Shown here: positions 63,363 to 64,000 of the stretch, one piece after another
Position numbering within the stretch: position 1 is the stretch's first letter
Layout of the letters: every line of letters begins with the position of its first letter
Sequence record: PP763259.1
Source of the DNA: Acinetobacter phage Ab15
Reading direction: 5' to 3' (one strand)
DNA: 64,000 nucleotides
Position numbers and translations under genes: made by a program
Notes under the pieces: generated by a model
The model's input: the letters and a program-made list of their open reading frames with translations, nothing else
What the model was told of the DNA's origin: nothing
The model's database searches: none

Positions 63363-63719
63363 ATGGATTTTATTGAGCAACGACCTACCCCCAAAGCGGT
63401 TAGCACTCATTTTCTAGCTGACATAGGCACTACAAGCAACCCACAAGAATCTGTAACGGTGCATATCAAAGTTTTATACCCTAGTGTCATCACTCAGTTA
63501 GGAAATGAAGGGTTGAGCTTTGAAGCATGCCAAAACGAAGATGATCACGGGTACAAGGTCCTATTTTGTGCTTTTAAAGACTATCTTTCCGAAGCTGCAT
63601 TAATCATTAAGTGTAAAGATGATGTAGATAGTGTAACCTTAATTGAATTGGCACTGGATTACATCGGAGCGGGTAACCTCAAATATGTTGTCAGTGAGCG
63701 TTACATTGAAGCTCTATAA
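63363..63719 (+). CDS. hypothetical protein
   Basis: 118 aa. A terminator follows. Confidence 0.4.
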   Translation: MDFIEQRPTPKAVSTHFLADIGTTSNPQESVTVHIKVLYPSVITQLGNEGLSFEACQNEDDHGYKVLFCAFKDYLSEAALIIKCKDDVDSVTLIELALDYIGAGNLKYVVSERYIEAL

Positions 63720-63733
63720 TTAGTTATCTATCA

Positions 63734-63766
63734 AGGCTGCCCTAATGGGTGGCCTTTTTTATTGCC
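63734..63766 (+). terminator. rho-independent terminator
   Basis: GGCTGCCC-TAAT-GGGTGGCC (two G.U pairs) followed by TTTTTTATT. Confidence 0.45.
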
Positions 63767-64000
63767 TAAAATAAATCAAAAAGGTTTTGCCTTAAGGGGT
63801 GTTATGTGTGGGGTGTTAGCACTACTCATAAATACTCCATGTCATATGTGGTTATTTCCTCATGGAATCGCTCAGGTTTAACGGTGGCGGTGGGTAGTAG
63901 GGGTGTATATGTGGGTTATCTCTCAGGGCTATAGTGGCCTTACAGTATTGATAGCGCATAGATATTTTAGGATTTTAGGGTCGAAATATATGCCCCACCC

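Overview
This 64 kb window is almost entirely phage DNA. It has low GC by eye (not computed) and is densely packed with genes. The endolysin has an N-terminal PG-binding domain and a C-terminal GH24 lysozyme domain, and the promoters look sigma70-like; both point to a low-GC Gram-negative host. Organisation:

1. Late structural block on the + strand, 1-16443. The order is sheath, tube, two tube paralogs, tail assembly chaperone with an apparent -1 frameshift extension, tape measure, baseplate proteins (gpD-, gpV-, gpW-, gpJ- and gpI-like), tail fibres including a collagen-like fibre, two membrane proteins and the endolysin. This is a PBSX/XkdK-style contractile-tail module, so the phage is a myovirus.

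2. Inverted nucleotide-metabolism block on the - strand, 16501-21558. It holds class I ribonucleotide reductase. nrdA carries a LAGLIDADG intein at the catalytic Cys. nrdB is split by a 448-nt ORF-less group I intron whose P1, P10 and P7 pairings can be read directly from the sequence.

3. Long + strand early/middle region, 22189-63719. It contains a T7-like replisome: gp4-like primase-helicase, family A DNA polymerase with a mini-intein in motif B, gp2.5-like SSB and a FEN-type 5'-3' exonuclease. It also contains an HNH endonuclease, a metallophosphoesterase, ThyX, PhoH, a phage Dam-family N6-adenine methyltransferase, dCMP deaminase, a DprA/SLOG-like protein, an SPFH lipoprotein, an AP2-domain homing-endonuclease-like protein and many small ORFs.

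The most unusual element is a tandem array of at least 20 diverged small paralogs of about 65-110 aa at roughly 49.9-58.1 kb. Two related families are present, one with a VGDxV...VGDVAKV...NPxW skeleton and one with an FPIGxKV...GY...HNPxxEGHS...G.HCWW skeleton. The array surrounds a MoxR/CobS-like AAA+ ATPase and a possible degenerate-VWA partner.

Non-coding DNA carries recurring motifs. There are iterons of GATAACCTCTAGGTTTCCT in a 1-kb AT-rich gap. A 15-mer is shared between that gap and the divergent control region at 21.7 kb. There are 20-bp direct repeats carrying a TTTGATCAAA palindrome. An early promoter consensus AAAGTAGTTGACA-N17-TAATAT recurs. Two near-identical perfect-palindrome terminators containing GAATTC occur at 16.45 kb and 52.79 kb.

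No rRNA, CRISPR array or confident tRNA was found by eye.
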